Positions 49,868 through 59,429 of a stretch of DNA of 64,000 bases are shown piece after piece. Both the position numbers and the translations under genes were made by a program. Every line of letters starts with the position of its first letter. Position 1 is the first letter of the stretch. The stretch comes from Chloroflexota bacterium (GTDB lineage: Bacteria; Chloroflexota; Limnocylindria; Limnocylindrales; CSP1-4). The DNA is taken from contig PMIP01000084.1 of NCBI GenBank assembly GCA_003158295.1, forward strand, positions 48,992 to 112,991, in the 5' to 3' direction. The notes under the pieces were generated by a model. That model saw only the letters and a program-made list of their open reading frames with translations. It made no database searches and was not told where the DNA came from.

Positions 49868-50374
49868 ATGAAAGGCGCCTACATGAACGCCCCCTTCCTA
49901 ACCCAACCGTTCACGCTCCGCAGCAACACGGTCCGCCAGATCGCCCGCTTCGGGGCCATCGGCGTGGTCAGTACCCTGGCCTACGTTGTCTTGTATGCGT
50001 GGCTACGTCAGGGCACATCGGCCGGGCTCGCCAACGCGCTCGCGCTGGTGGTCACGGCCATCGGGAACACGGCCGCGAATCGCCGTCTCACGTTCGAGGT
50101 GCGCGGCCGGCAGGGCCTGGCCCGCGACCATGCCGCCGGCCTGCTTGCCTTGGGCGTGGCGCTCGTCATGACGACGGCGAGTGTTGCGGCGATGGACCTT
50201 CTCGCCCCGCATCGCGCTCGTATGGTGGAGATTGCCGTACTCGTTGCGGCCAACGCATTTGCCACTCTCGTCCGCTTCCTGCTGCTCCGTCTGGCGATCG
50301 ACAGTAGGGACGGTTCCCTGTCGCCTATCCCCGCAGTCGCTACGCTCTCGCCACCCGAAAGGACGCGCCGATGA
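49868..50374 (+). CDS. gtrA: GtrA-family membrane protein (polysaccharide/glycolipid precursor translocation)
   Basis: About 165 aa with four TM helices and FGAIGVVSTLAYVVLYAWL typical of GtrA. Confidence 0.7.
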   Translation: MKGAYMNAPFLTQPFTLRSNTVRQIARFGAIGVVSTLAYVVLYAWLRQGTSAGLANALALVVTAIGNTAANRRLTFEVRGRQGLARDHAAGLLALGVALVMTTASVAAMDLLAPHRARMVEIAVLVAANAFATLVRFLLLRLAIDSRDGSLSPIPAVATLSPPERTRR

Positions 50375-52380
50375 CCACTGTCCTGGAGCCGACCCTCACG
50401 CCGAGCGCGAGGTGGTTCGCCGGCGTTCGCGGTAGGCTCCTGGGCATGGTCCGCGGTCGGTCAGACGAAGCGCTTTGGGTCCGTCCCGCCTTCCTCGGCG
50501 TTCTGGCTCTGGCGGCCGTCCTGTACGTCTGGAATCTGACCGTCAGCGGCTACGCCAACACCTACTACTCGGCCGCCGCTCTGGCTGGATCTCAGAGCTG
50601 GTCGGCCTGGTTCTTCGGCAGCTTCGACGCCAACAACTTCATAACCGTCGACAAACCACCGCTCTCCACCATGGTCATGGGCCTCTCCGTCCGAATCTTC
50701 GGCCTGTCGGCTTGGAGCATCCTGCTGCCCGAGGCGCTTGTCGGTGTCGGCACCGTCGGGGTTCTCTTCCTGACAGTGAAGCGTTCGTTCGGGCCTGCGG
50801 CGGCGGTCATCGCCGGAGCGGTAATGGCCCTCACGCCGGCCGCGGTCATGATCTTCCGCTTCAACAACCCGGACGCGCTTCTCACCTTCCTGCTCGTGGT
50901 TTCGGCCTGGGCGCTGCTCCGCGCCGTGGACAAGGGGAGCCTTCGGTGGATGGCAGTCGCGGCATCGCTCGTGGGGCTGGCCTTCCTCACCAAGTACCTG
51001 CAGGCCTACCTCGTCCTGCCCGGCTACGCGCTCGTCTTCGGCTTCTCGGCCGATACGACGCTGCGCCGGCGACTGATCGGACTCGGTCTCGCGCTGGTCG
51101 CCGTCTTCGTCACCAGCGGATGGTGGGTCGCAATCGTCGAGATGCTCCCGATCGGCGGCAAGCCGTTCATCGGCGGCAGCACGACCGGCTCGCCGCTCGA
51201 CCTGATCTTCGGCTATGACGGTCTCGGTCGGATCTTCGGGGGTAGCGGTCCGGGCGGCGGTGGCTTCGGCGGGGGTGGCTTCAGCGGCGAAGTCGGCCCG
51301 CTGCGGCTCTTCAACGACCAGATGTTCGGCGAGATCGCGTGGTTCATCCCGCTCGCGCTCGTCTGCCTGGTGGTGGGCCTGTGGCGACGACGCTGGGCGG
51401 CCCGGACCGATCTCGCCGTGGCGGGATACCTGCTCTGGGGCGGTTGGTTCGTGGTCACGGCGATTGTGTTCAGCTACATGTCGGGCGTAATCCACTCCTA
51501 CTACGCCGTGGCTCTGGCGCCTGCCATTGCCGCGCTGGTGGGCGCGGGTCTGGTCGACCTGTGGGGGGCTCGGCTCCGGCTCTGGCTCGGCGGCGTGGCC
51601 GTGGGTGTGGCCTGCCTGGCCACGGCCTGGTTCGGCTGGCAGCTTCTCGACCGGACGCCCGGTTTTGCCGCGGGCGTTGGGCCGGCCGGAGTAGTAGCGG
51701 CCCTCGTGGCCACACTGGCTCTGGTGGCCGTCTCGGCACCGCAACTCAGCAAGAACGCGATGGCGCGAAGGATCGCCCTCGGAGCTGCGGCCCTGGGTCT
51801 GGGCGCGGCCCTGCTGGCCCCGGCCGCGTACGCCGTCGAGACGATGCAGACAGCCTACGGCGGCGGTGATCCGCATCCGGGACCCGGGGCGGCAAGCTCG
51901 CAGTTCGGCGGCGGCCTGGCCGGTCTCGCGGGCATCGTGCCCGGCGGTGGATTTCCCGGCGGTGGACTTCCCGGCGGTGGACTTCCCGGCGGGGGCGGCC
52001 GAGGCGGCTTCGGCGGCGGCCTGGCCACAGGCGCGGAGAACGAAGTGATGCTCGACTATCTGGTCGCCAACCGCGGCAACGCCGCCTGGATCGTGGCTGC
52101 CAACTCGTCACAACAAGCGGGCACGATCGAACTCGCCACGGGGCTGCCGGTCATGGCCATGGGAGGCTTCACCGGCTCGGATCCCACGCCCACGCTCGAC
52201 CAGCTGAAGAGCTACGTCGCCTCGGGCAAGCTGCGCTTCGTCCTGGTAGACGGCCTCGGCGGCGGCGGTTTCGGCGGCGGCGACACGACCGACCGGACCT
52301 CCTGGGTCACGAGCACTTGCAAGGTCGTGGACTACGGCGGCTCCTCGTCCAGCCTCTACGATTGTGCCGGAGCTGCGTAG
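50371..52380 (+). CDS. glycosyltransferase family 39 (ArnT/PMT-like) integral membrane protein
   Basis: 669 aa. Multiple TM helices. First periplasmic loop FFGSFDANNFITVDKPPL. Gly-rich spacer. ATGA overlap with gtrA. Confidence 0.75.
   Translation: MTTVLEPTLTPSARWFAGVRGRLLGMVRGRSDEALWVRPAFLGVLALAAVLYVWNLTVSGYANTYYSAAALAGSQSWSAWFFGSFDANNFITVDKPPLSTMVMGLSVRIFGLSAWSILLPEALVGVGTVGVLFLTVKRSFGPAAAVIAGAVMALTPAAVMIFRFNNPDALLTFLLVVSAWALLRAVDKGSLRWMAVAASLVGLAFLTKYLQAYLVLPGYALVFGFSADTTLRRRLIGLGLALVAVFVTSGWWVAIVEMLPIGGKPFIGGSTTGSPLDLIFGYDGLGRIFGGSGPGGGGFGGGGFSGEVGPLRLFNDQMFGEIAWFIPLALVCLVVGLWRRRWAARTDLAVAGYLLWGGWFVVTAIVFSYMSGVIHSYYAVALAPAIAALVGAGLVDLWGARLRLWLGGVAVGVACLATAWFGWQLLDRTPGFAAGVGPAGVVAALVATLALVAVSAPQLSKNAMARRIALGAAALGLGAALLAPAAYAVETMQTAYGGGDPHPGPGAASSQFGGGLAGLAGIVPGGGFPGGGLPGGGLPGGGGRGGFGGGLATGAENEVMLDYLVANRGNAAWIVAANSSQQAGTIELATGLPVMAMGGFTGSDPTPTLDQLKSYVASGKLRFVLVDGLGGGGFGGGDTTDRTSWVTSTCKVVDYGGSSSSLYDCAGAA
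51905..51965. repeat. 18-bp tandem repeat x3 (cccggcggtggacttc) encoding GGxPGG repeats
   Basis: Visible triplication. Confidence 0.7.
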
Positions 52381-52401
52381 CGCGCGCGAAGGAGAAGCCT
52401 G

Positions 52402-53070
52402 ATGCGAGTTCTGGTGGCCGAGGACGATCCGGGCCTGCGCCAGGTCCTTGTCCTTGGCCTTCGGGACTACGGCTACCAGGTGGACGCGGCCGAGCGGGGC
52501 GACGACGCGATCGACCTCCTGCGGTTCTACGACTACGACGTGGCCGTCATCGACTGGCGCATGCCGGGCGCCGAGGGGATAGACGTCGTCGCCTGGGCTC
52601 GCCGGCACGACAAGCCGACGGCGATCCTCATGCTCACCGCCCGCGACGCCCCGCCCGATCGAATCCGTGGTCTTGACGCCGGTGCGGACGACTACCTGGT
52701 CAAGCCCTTCGACTTCGGGGAGCTGCTGGCGCGCATCCGGGCCCTGCAGCGGCGGCCCCGCGGAGTGGATGCCCCCGTTCTCGCCCGGGGCAGGCTGGCG
52801 CTGGACCCGGTCAAGCGCGAGGTCACCGTCGGCGATCGCCCGCTGGCCCTCACCGCCACCGAGTACAAGATCCTGGAGCTGCTCATCCGCCGCTCGCCGG
52901 CCGTGGTCGACCGCAAGGCGATCGCCGAGCACGGCTGGGACGACGAGACGGACCCGCTCGGCTCGAACGCGATCGACGTGCAGCTGAGCCGTCTGCGCGC
53001 CAAGCTTCCGGGATCGGGAGTGCGGGTCGTGACGGTCCGAGGCGCCGGCTACCGGCTGGAGGAAGCGTGA
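52402..53070 (+). CDS. OmpR-family response regulator
   Basis: Receiver domain (DD...D...K) plus winged-helix output with RVVTVRGAGYRL. Confidence 0.9.
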   Translation: MRVLVAEDDPGLRQVLVLGLRDYGYQVDAAERGDDAIDLLRFYDYDVAVIDWRMPGAEGIDVVAWARRHDKPTAILMLTARDAPPDRIRGLDAGADDYLVKPFDFGELLARIRALQRRPRGVDAPVLARGRLALDPVKREVTVGDRPLALTATEYKILELLIRRSPAVVDRKAIAEHGWDDETDPLGSNAIDVQLSRLRAKLPGSGVRVVTVRGAGYRLEEA

Positions 53071-54383
53071 AAGCCTTCACGCGGGCACGAGCGCGGTCGC
53101 GGGGACAATCGGAGGTGCAGCCTCGCGACGGCCGCGCCGGCCCCTCGGTGGCCATGCTCATCGTCCGCGTGGCGATGGCCGCCAGCGCGATCGTGGGCGT
53201 GGCATACGTACTGATCGCAGTCGTGGTCGTCATCTTCGTCACCAACAACCTCACCGCGGGCGTCGACGACCGCCTGAACCGGGCGCTGGCGCCCGTGCCG
53301 AATCAGGCCGGGCCGAACCTGCCCTTCGGCCAGCAGGGAACCCCGGATCGACCCTTCGGTCCGCCGGTTCTCATGTGGCGGATCAGCCCAACCGGCTCGA
53401 TCACGAGCCTCAACACTTCGAACATCGATCTGCCTGCGGCCTACCGGCACGTGGTCGGACCGGCGACTGTCTCGGTCGGAGGCGCCGACATCCGCATCGA
53501 AGGAGCTTCGCGCGGTGACGACTACGTGGTCGTGGGCTTGACGATGGAGGACGTTTCCCAGACCGAGTCGACTCTGATCGTGGCCGAGCTCGGGATCGGG
53601 TGCGTTCTGCTGATCGTGGTCTTCCTCGGGGCGCTGACCATCGGCCGCAAGGTTGCCCTCCCGATCGAACGGTCCCGTCGGCGCCAGCTCGAGTTCACGG
53701 CCGATGCATCGCACGAGCTACGCACGCCGCTCTCCGTCATAGAGGCGCAAGCGACGCTGGCCCTGGCGCGCGGCCGGGACGCGACGTGGGATCAGGCCGC
53801 CTTCGGTCGCATCGACGGGGAGCTGAAGCGGACGCGGCGCCTGGTGGACGACATGCTCTGGCTGGCTCGCTTCGACTCGGCCGGTGGGCTCCCCGAGGCC
53901 GAACCGGTGGACGTCAAGGTCCTGGCCGCCCAGACGGCCGACCGATTCGGCGCCGTGGCGGAGGCGCGAGGACAGACCCTGACCATCGACCGCGACGCCG
54001 GCGACGAGGACGCCATCGTGACCGCATCCCCGGAGTTGCTGGACCGTCTCATCGGCGTCCTGCTGGACAACGCCTGCAAGTACTCGCCGGAAGGTGGCAG
54101 TCTCTCCGTGCGCGTCACGGCCGAGAAGCGGCGCATCCGCCTTACCGTAGACGACTCCGGTCCCGGCATTCCGGCCGCAGAACGCGCCCGCGTCTTCGAC
54201 CGTTTCCATCGAGCCACGGACGTCCCAGGCGGGGCAGGCCTGGGACTGGCGATCGCCGATGCGATCGTCCACGTCACGGGCGGACGCTGGCAGATCGGCA
54301 CCTCACCGGCGGGCGGGGCCAGCGTCTCCGTCAGCTGGCCCAGATCGATGAGCGGTCATCGAGAGGCGCGCGCGACCGACTGA
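53067..54383 (+). CDS. sensor histidine kinase
   Basis: Two TM helices. H-box ASHELRTPLSVIEA. N, G1 and G2 boxes of the HATPase_c domain. GTGA overlap with the regulator gene. Confidence 0.85.
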   Translation: MKAFTRARARSRGQSEVQPRDGRAGPSVAMLIVRVAMAASAIVGVAYVLIAVVVVIFVTNNLTAGVDDRLNRALAPVPNQAGPNLPFGQQGTPDRPFGPPVLMWRISPTGSITSLNTSNIDLPAAYRHVVGPATVSVGGADIRIEGASRGDDYVVVGLTMEDVSQTESTLIVAELGIGCVLLIVVFLGALTIGRKVALPIERSRRRQLEFTADASHELRTPLSVIEAQATLALARGRDATWDQAAFGRIDGELKRTRRLVDDMLWLARFDSAGGLPEAEPVDVKVLAAQTADRFGAVAEARGQTLTIDRDAGDEDAIVTASPELLDRLIGVLLDNACKYSPEGGSLSVRVTAEKRRIRLTVDDSGPGIPAAERARVFDRFHRATDVPGGAGLGLAIADAIVHVTGGRWQIGTSPAGGASVSVSWPRSMSGHREARATD

Positions 54384-54407
54384 ACTCGGCCCGTCGACGG
54401 CCTGGCG

Positions 54408-54462
54408 GCGATGTTCGGGCCGAACGATGGGGGGATCGCGGGCGATGTTCGGGCCGAACGAT
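54408..54462 (+). promoter_or_regulatory. two copies of a 21-bp direct repeat (gcgatgttcgggccgaacgat), each containing the palindrome GTTCGGGCCGAAC
   Basis: Exact duplication 34 bp apart in the 233-bp gap between the kinase gene and the next ORF. Confidence 0.4.
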
Positions 54463-54616
54463 CAGAGGACCGCGCTCGTAACCCGATCGACAGAATGCCT
54501 GCGCGAATCTGGCGTCATGACGGCGAGCTGGTCGGATCGGCTCGACCAACGCAAATCAAAGCGACGCGCCGTATCCGCCCTTCGGCGTGACCCGATAGCC
54601 AGCTCAAGGAGACGAG

Positions 54617-55279
54617 ATGACCACTACCGATGATGCCGCCCCCGTCTGGGAGCCTCAATTCGTGCCAGCTGAGGCATCCGCAGAAACGGAAATCGAGCCC
54701 GCCAAGGGGCCGTCCGAGGCACCGGAGGCCCTGGAGGTGCCACGGACTGCGCCTGCGACAAGGCGGCCGGGTGGAGCTCGCCGCGCAGGTTCCGTGAGCC
54801 TCCTGCTGGCAATCTCAGCCCTGGTGGCCCTGGGCGGCGTCGGCTTCGCCATCGGACGAGCGACCTCGTCCGGCCAGACCGACACGAGCCAGTCGAACGG
54901 CAACGCGGACATTGGCCAGTTCGCGGGTGGACCGAACGCCAGCGGCGGCCCCGGCTTCTTCGGTGGGGCAGCTTCCGTCGGGGCGCTCGGGGCGCTCGGG
55001 GCGACGACCGTCTCGGGCACCGTAGTGAGCGTCTCGGCCGACTCGATGACGCTCAAGCTCGCGAACGGACAGACGGTCCAGATCGCGACGGGCTCATCGA
55101 CGACGTATCACGGCCAGTCCTCGGCGGCCAGCACGGATGTCACGACCGGCGCCACGGTCACGGTCCAGACCACCGTCGGTACGGCCGCCGGCTCGAGCGC
55201 GGGCACGAACGCCGTCGCCAGTCCGGGCGCCGCAAACGACACCAGAACCGCCACGGACGTGACCATCACGACCAAGTAG
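54617..55279 (+). CDS. hypothetical membrane-anchored Gly/Thr/Ser-rich protein
   Basis: 220 aa. Single TM helix after an acidic N-terminus. Beta-rich Thr/Val C-terminal region. Confidence 0.5.
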   Translation: MTTTDDAAPVWEPQFVPAEASAETEIEPAKGPSEAPEALEVPRTAPATRRPGGARRAGSVSLLLAISALVALGGVGFAIGRATSSGQTDTSQSNGNADIGQFAGGPNASGGPGFFGGAASVGALGALGATTVSGTVVSVSADSMTLKLANGQTVQIATGSSTTYHGQSSAASTDVTTGATVTVQTTVGTAAGSSAGTNAVASPGAANDTRTATDVTITTK

Positions 55280-55432
55280 CCGGCCCCTTGCGGGCGCGGA
55301 CGGTTCGGATGGGTCGCCCGCGCCCGCGCCATCGGTTGCCGGTCTCGCCCGCGACCGAGACCTGGGTGCCTGGCCGGGGCAGGATGGACCTCGAGTCGCG
55401 CCACCGGTGCGGCCGGCAGGTCCGGCCTCCGA

Positions 55433-56470
55433 TCACGATCGCCGAACGACCACCGATCTGGCCGCTTCGTCGTGCCAGGCGCGCTTGAACGGGTCTTCGT
55501 TGGCCATCGCCGCGGCGATGATGCCGAGGATCACGGTGCCGGTGGAGACGGCGAATATGACGTAGCGGATCAGGACCGCCCCCAGGCCAAGCTTTAGGCC
55601 ATCCGACGCTCGAACCACTCGCAGCCCGAGAGCCCGCTGCCCGAGAGAGCTCCCGAAGGCGTACCAGCAGGCCGGGTGGTAGGCCACGAAGAAGATGATC
55701 CAGATCCAGTAGATTGCGGTCGCGGCTGAGGAGTAGATGACTGAATCGTCGGCGTAACGGCGGACTCCGGCCGCATCCGCGAGCAGCGTGGCAATGACGA
55801 ACGTGACGCCCATGAGAATGGCATCGATCAGGAGCGCACCGAAACGCACGCCGATGCCGCCCCAGCTGAGGCCGGGCGCCGGACCGGCGGGCACGAAGGG
55901 CATACTGCCGAATCCGGGAGGGTAGCCCCAGCCGAACGGCGGGTAAGGACTCCCGGGCCAGCCGCCCGGCTGCGGCGAATAGCCCGGCGGCTGAACGAAC
56001 CCCGGCGGCCCGTATCCCGGCTGCGGGGAAGGACCGGGTGGCGGCCCGTAGCCCGGCGGCTGAACGAACCCCGGCGGCCCGACCCCCGCCGGAGGGTAGG
56101 GAAGCGGGGTATACGGAATCGCCCCGGTTGGGGGAGGCCCGGGGAACGACGGCGGCACGGGCTGCTGCTGCGGCGCCTGCGGCCAGTTCCCCTGCGGCGT
56201 CACGGACTGCTGCGGCGCCTGCGGCCAGCTCTCCTGCGGCGGCACGGGCTGCTGCGGCGCCATACTCGGCCGCGACGCCTGCGGATCCCCTTCGACCGGA
56301 TCGACGCTACCGCCCGGCCAGGCCGATCCGGATCCGGTGCGATCGTCTGCCGCCATCTCCGTCGTTCCTTCCTTGCGCGGCTCCCCGAGGACGCCGCGTC
56401 GCGGTTCCATGGTATCAACGGGCAGGCTCGCCGAATCGCCGACTGGCCCGCTCCGCCGGTCGGCCGGCAT
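55433..56470 (-). CDS. RDD-family membrane protein with long Pro/Gln-rich N-terminal region
   Basis: C-terminal roughly 140 aa has RDD-family topology (RFGALLIDAIL ... GQRALGLRVV). N-terminal PQAPQQ and PPGY repeats. Confidence 0.55.
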   Translation of the reverse strand: MPADRRSGPVGDSASLPVDTMEPRRGVLGEPRKEGTTEMAADDRTGSGSAWPGGSVDPVEGDPQASRPSMAPQQPVPPQESWPQAPQQSVTPQGNWPQAPQQQPVPPSFPGPPPTGAIPYTPLPYPPAGVGPPGFVQPPGYGPPPGPSPQPGYGPPGFVQPPGYSPQPGGWPGSPYPPFGWGYPPGFGSMPFVPAGPAPGLSWGGIGVRFGALLIDAILMGVTFVIATLLADAAGVRRYADDSVIYSSAATAIYWIWIIFFVAYHPACWYAFGSSLGQRALGLRVVRASDGLKLGLGAVLIRYVIFAVSTGTVILGIIAAAMANEDPFKRAWHDEAARSVVVRRS

Positions 56471-56556
56471 AGTCGGGCCCGCCCGGCCTTCAGTGATACT
56501 TCAGTTGTCGAGTGCATAATCGGCAGCGTCGGAACTCGAACTACAGCGGCGGAAAC

Positions 56557-56952
56557 ATGAAGCGCAAGGGTGCGTTGGTTCTACTCGGGATCGTGATCGC
56601 GGGGGCCGTACTGGCTGCCATAGGTGTGATCGCCTACAACGTGGGCGCGACCAACGGGGGCAACGGCGGCCATGTGGTCTTCGGCCCAATGATGCGCGGC
56701 GATCGCGGCGCTGAGTTCGGAATGGGCGTCGGCGGGTGGTGGGGCATCATCCCGGCCCTTATGCTCGGGCTCGTCATCGTGTTGGTCGTGGCGGCCTTGC
56801 TGGCCGGTGCCGGCCGGGGCGCCTCGTCTCCGGCTCTCACGCCATCGGCCGACCCTCCGTCGGGTCTGCGCGAGCTGGTCGAGATGCACGACCGAGGCGC
56901 CTTGACAGACGAGGAGTTCGCGGCCGCCAAGCGCAAGCTGCTCGGCCTCTGA
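56557..56952 (+). CDS. SHOCT-domain membrane protein
   Basis: Two TM segments, then C-terminal LRELVEMHDRGALTDEEFAAAKRKLLGL, which is the SHOCT short C-terminal domain. Confidence 0.6.
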   Translation: MKRKGALVLLGIVIAGAVLAAIGVIAYNVGATNGGNGGHVVFGPMMRGDRGAEFGMGVGGWWGIIPALMLGLVIVLVVAALLAGAGRGASSPALTPSADPPSGLRELVEMHDRGALTDEEFAAAKRKLLGL

Positions 56953-57076
56953 CGCGAGTCGCGCCATCTCCGCGGCGCACCTCGGAACCCTCCTTCGGCT
57001 GAGCTATGCTGACGACTGCCGCCGCCAGAGCTCGTGGCGCCACAGCTCGCAGTTGATCGCAGTCGGGAGGACCGTC

Positions 57077-57481
57077 ATGTCCGGCTTCAAGTCGTTCCTG
57101 CTCAAGACCAACGCGCTGGCCCTGGCCGTAGGCGTGATCATCGGTGTGGCCCTGGGAGACGTGGTGAAGTCGCTGGTCAACGACATCATCATGCCGCCCG
57201 TCGGCGTGGCCCTCGGCGGTGTCGACTTCTCAGGCCTGGTCATCAAGCTCAAGGACGCAACGGTAGACGCGGCGGGCAAGCCCGTGCCCGAGGTCGACAT
57301 CCGCTACGGCTCGTTCATCAACCTGGTCATCGCCTTCATAGTCGTCGCGCTCGTCGTCTACGCCATCGCTTCGCTGCTCCTGCGAGAGGAGCCTGCGCCG
57401 CCCACCAAGACCTGCCCGTTCTGCAAGGAAGAAGTGCCGGTTGCCGCGACGAAGTGCCGGGCCTGCACGAGTTCGATCTAG
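57077..57481 (+). CDS. mscL: large-conductance mechanosensitive channel
   Basis: MSGFKSFLLKTNALALAVGVIIGVALGDVVKSLVNDIIMPPVG is the canonical MscL N-terminus/TM1. Confidence 0.85.
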   Translation: MSGFKSFLLKTNALALAVGVIIGVALGDVVKSLVNDIIMPPVGVALGGVDFSGLVIKLKDATVDAAGKPVPEVDIRYGSFINLVIAFIVVALVVYAIASLLLREEPAPPTKTCPFCKEEVPVAATKCRACTSSI

Positions 57482-57495
57482 CTTTGCGCGGCCAG

Positions 57496-58641
57496 ATGGA
57501 CGTTCGATACGAGCGGATCGCGCGCGTCCAGGCGGGGATGCGCGAGCAGGGCCTGATCGCGATCGTCGTCATGAACCACGACGACTATCGCTATCTCTTC
57601 GGCGAGGATCGAACGCAGCCTCGAGCGCTCATTCCGTTCCAGGGCCCGCCCGAGCTGATCGCGTTCACCGGCGAGGAACCCGAGCTGCGAGCGGCCATTG
57701 CCGACGGTCGCGTCCGGGTCTTCGGCAGTGTCGGCGGGCAGATCAACGACATAGTGGGCCGGGTTCGCGAGCTGGTCGCTGAGGGCGTCGCGGCGGGCAT
57801 TCCCGCCGGCGCCGCGAGCCGGCCCCGCGTCGGGATGCAGATGTGGTTTCACACTCCCGCGTTCCTTGTGGACCTGTTCCGGCACGTCAACCCGGAGGTG
57901 GAGCTCGTCTCCTCGGATCCGGTCATTGACCCGCTTCGAATGGTCAAGGATGCCGAGGAGCTCAGCCTGATGACCGAGGCCCAGCGGATCGCCGGCGTCG
58001 GGATGGATCGGGCACGAGAGCTGCTCCAGCCGGGCGTCACGGCTCAGGAGATCGCCACCGAGGCCACGTATTCGATGATGCGAGCCGGGGCCGAGGGTAC
58101 GAGCACGCCGATCTACGTGAACTTCGGGATCGAGACCTGCATGCTCCACGGCCGCCTCACTCCGGCGCCGCTGGAGCGCGGCCAGCTCGTCCTGATAGAC
58201 CTGACGCCCCAGGTGGACGGGTATTGCGCCAACCTTGCCCGGACGTTCGTCCTGGGAGAGCCGGACGCGCGTCAGGCCGAGCTTCTGGCCACGTACCGCG
58301 AGATCGTGGCGGACGTGCGCGCCGCGATGCGCCCCGGTGTCACCACTGCCCAGCTCGACGCAAAGGCCAAGGAGGCATGCGTCCGCCACGGCCTGGCCGA
58401 GCGGCAGGTCTACGGCATCGGCCACGGGATCGGACTGCGCTTCGAGGAGCCGCCGGCCTCGACGATCATCCCGCCGCACAGGAACCTCCCGCTGCTCGAA
58501 GGGATGACCGTAACGATCGGCCACCCGATTCTGGCTATCCCGGGCTTCGGCGGCGTCCGCTTCGAAGACGTCTATCGGCTTGCGGCCGCCGGCCCGGAGA
58601 TCCTCTTCGACTACCCGATCGATCCAGTCGTCGGGATCTAA
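57496..58641 (+). CDS. M24-family metallopeptidase (Xaa-Pro aminopeptidase/creatinase-like)
   Basis: Pita-bread fold residues (DLTPQVDGYCANLARTF, HGIGHGIGLRFEE). Confidence 0.8.
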   Translation: MDVRYERIARVQAGMREQGLIAIVVMNHDDYRYLFGEDRTQPRALIPFQGPPELIAFTGEEPELRAAIADGRVRVFGSVGGQINDIVGRVRELVAEGVAAGIPAGAASRPRVGMQMWFHTPAFLVDLFRHVNPEVELVSSDPVIDPLRMVKDAEELSLMTEAQRIAGVGMDRARELLQPGVTAQEIATEATYSMMRAGAEGTSTPIYVNFGIETCMLHGRLTPAPLERGQLVLIDLTPQVDGYCANLARTFVLGEPDARQAELLATYREIVADVRAAMRPGVTTAQLDAKAKEACVRHGLAERQVYGIGHGIGLRFEEPPASTIIPPHRNLPLLEGMTVTIGHPILAIPGFGGVRFEDVYRLAAAGPEILFDYPIDPVVGI

Positions 58642-58658
58642 GACCGGAGGAGGTGGGG

Positions 58659-59366
58659 ATGAGTGGCGGTGTGGATGGCCCCGTCCCGGGGAGCCGGCTC
58701 CGCGCCGGATCTGGACGGCCAAGCCGTCGAGTCCTGCTCGGTCTGGTCGCCGTTCTCTTAGTGGCGGCCATCTGCGTCACCGCCCTGGTGTGGCGGACGA
58801 ACTCGAGCTCGGACGGTGGCCGGCCGCACTCTTCGCCGGCGCCGTCGTCCGCGGGGGCGTCATCCGCGGCCAGCCTGGATCCAACCGGGATCCTGATCGT
58901 CGGCCCGGACTACCAGCTGCAGTCTGGTCCGAAAGACGAGGCAGTCGCGATGGCGTTCGATCGGGCCTTGCGTCTCGCCACGGAAACCAATCGGGACGAC
59001 CTCGGCTATCCGTGGATCGACCCGTCGACGGGTGAGCTGGTGGTCTCCGCTGCGACCGCCAGCGGTCGGGCCCTGCTGGAGAGCACGGCCTTCGGTGTCC
59101 CGACCCGGATCCGAGACGTGGCTCACAGCACCACCGAGCTCCTGAAGATCCAGGACGACGCCACGCGCCTCAATGCCCAGGGGGTGACGGACGCGCTGCT
59201 CATTTACATGACGGGTCCGGACTATCGTGACAACCGGGCGTGGATCACCATCGGTCGCTTCAGCCGGCCGCTGCTCGACGAGCTCGCGCGGAGGTTCCCG
59301 CCGGATGCAGTGGTGGTGGTTGTCGATCCTGCCCACTATCCGCTGAATGCGGCCTCAACGCCCTGA
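58659..59366 (+). CDS. hypothetical membrane-anchored protein
   Basis: One TM helix, then a soluble domain. No motif recognised. Confidence 0.45.
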   Translation: MSGGVDGPVPGSRLRAGSGRPSRRVLLGLVAVLLVAAICVTALVWRTNSSSDGGRPHSSPAPSSAGASSAASLDPTGILIVGPDYQLQSGPKDEAVAMAFDRALRLATETNRDDLGYPWIDPSTGELVVSAATASGRALLESTAFGVPTRIRDVAHSTTELLKIQDDATRLNAQGVTDALLIYMTGPDYRDNRAWITIGRFSRPLLDELARRFPPDAVVVVVDPAHYPLNAASTP

Positions 59367-59429
59367 CCGCTGCCTGCCGATCTCATCGTGGCCCGAGGCC
59401 TCAGGCCGTTCCCGGGCAGCGATCGAGGC

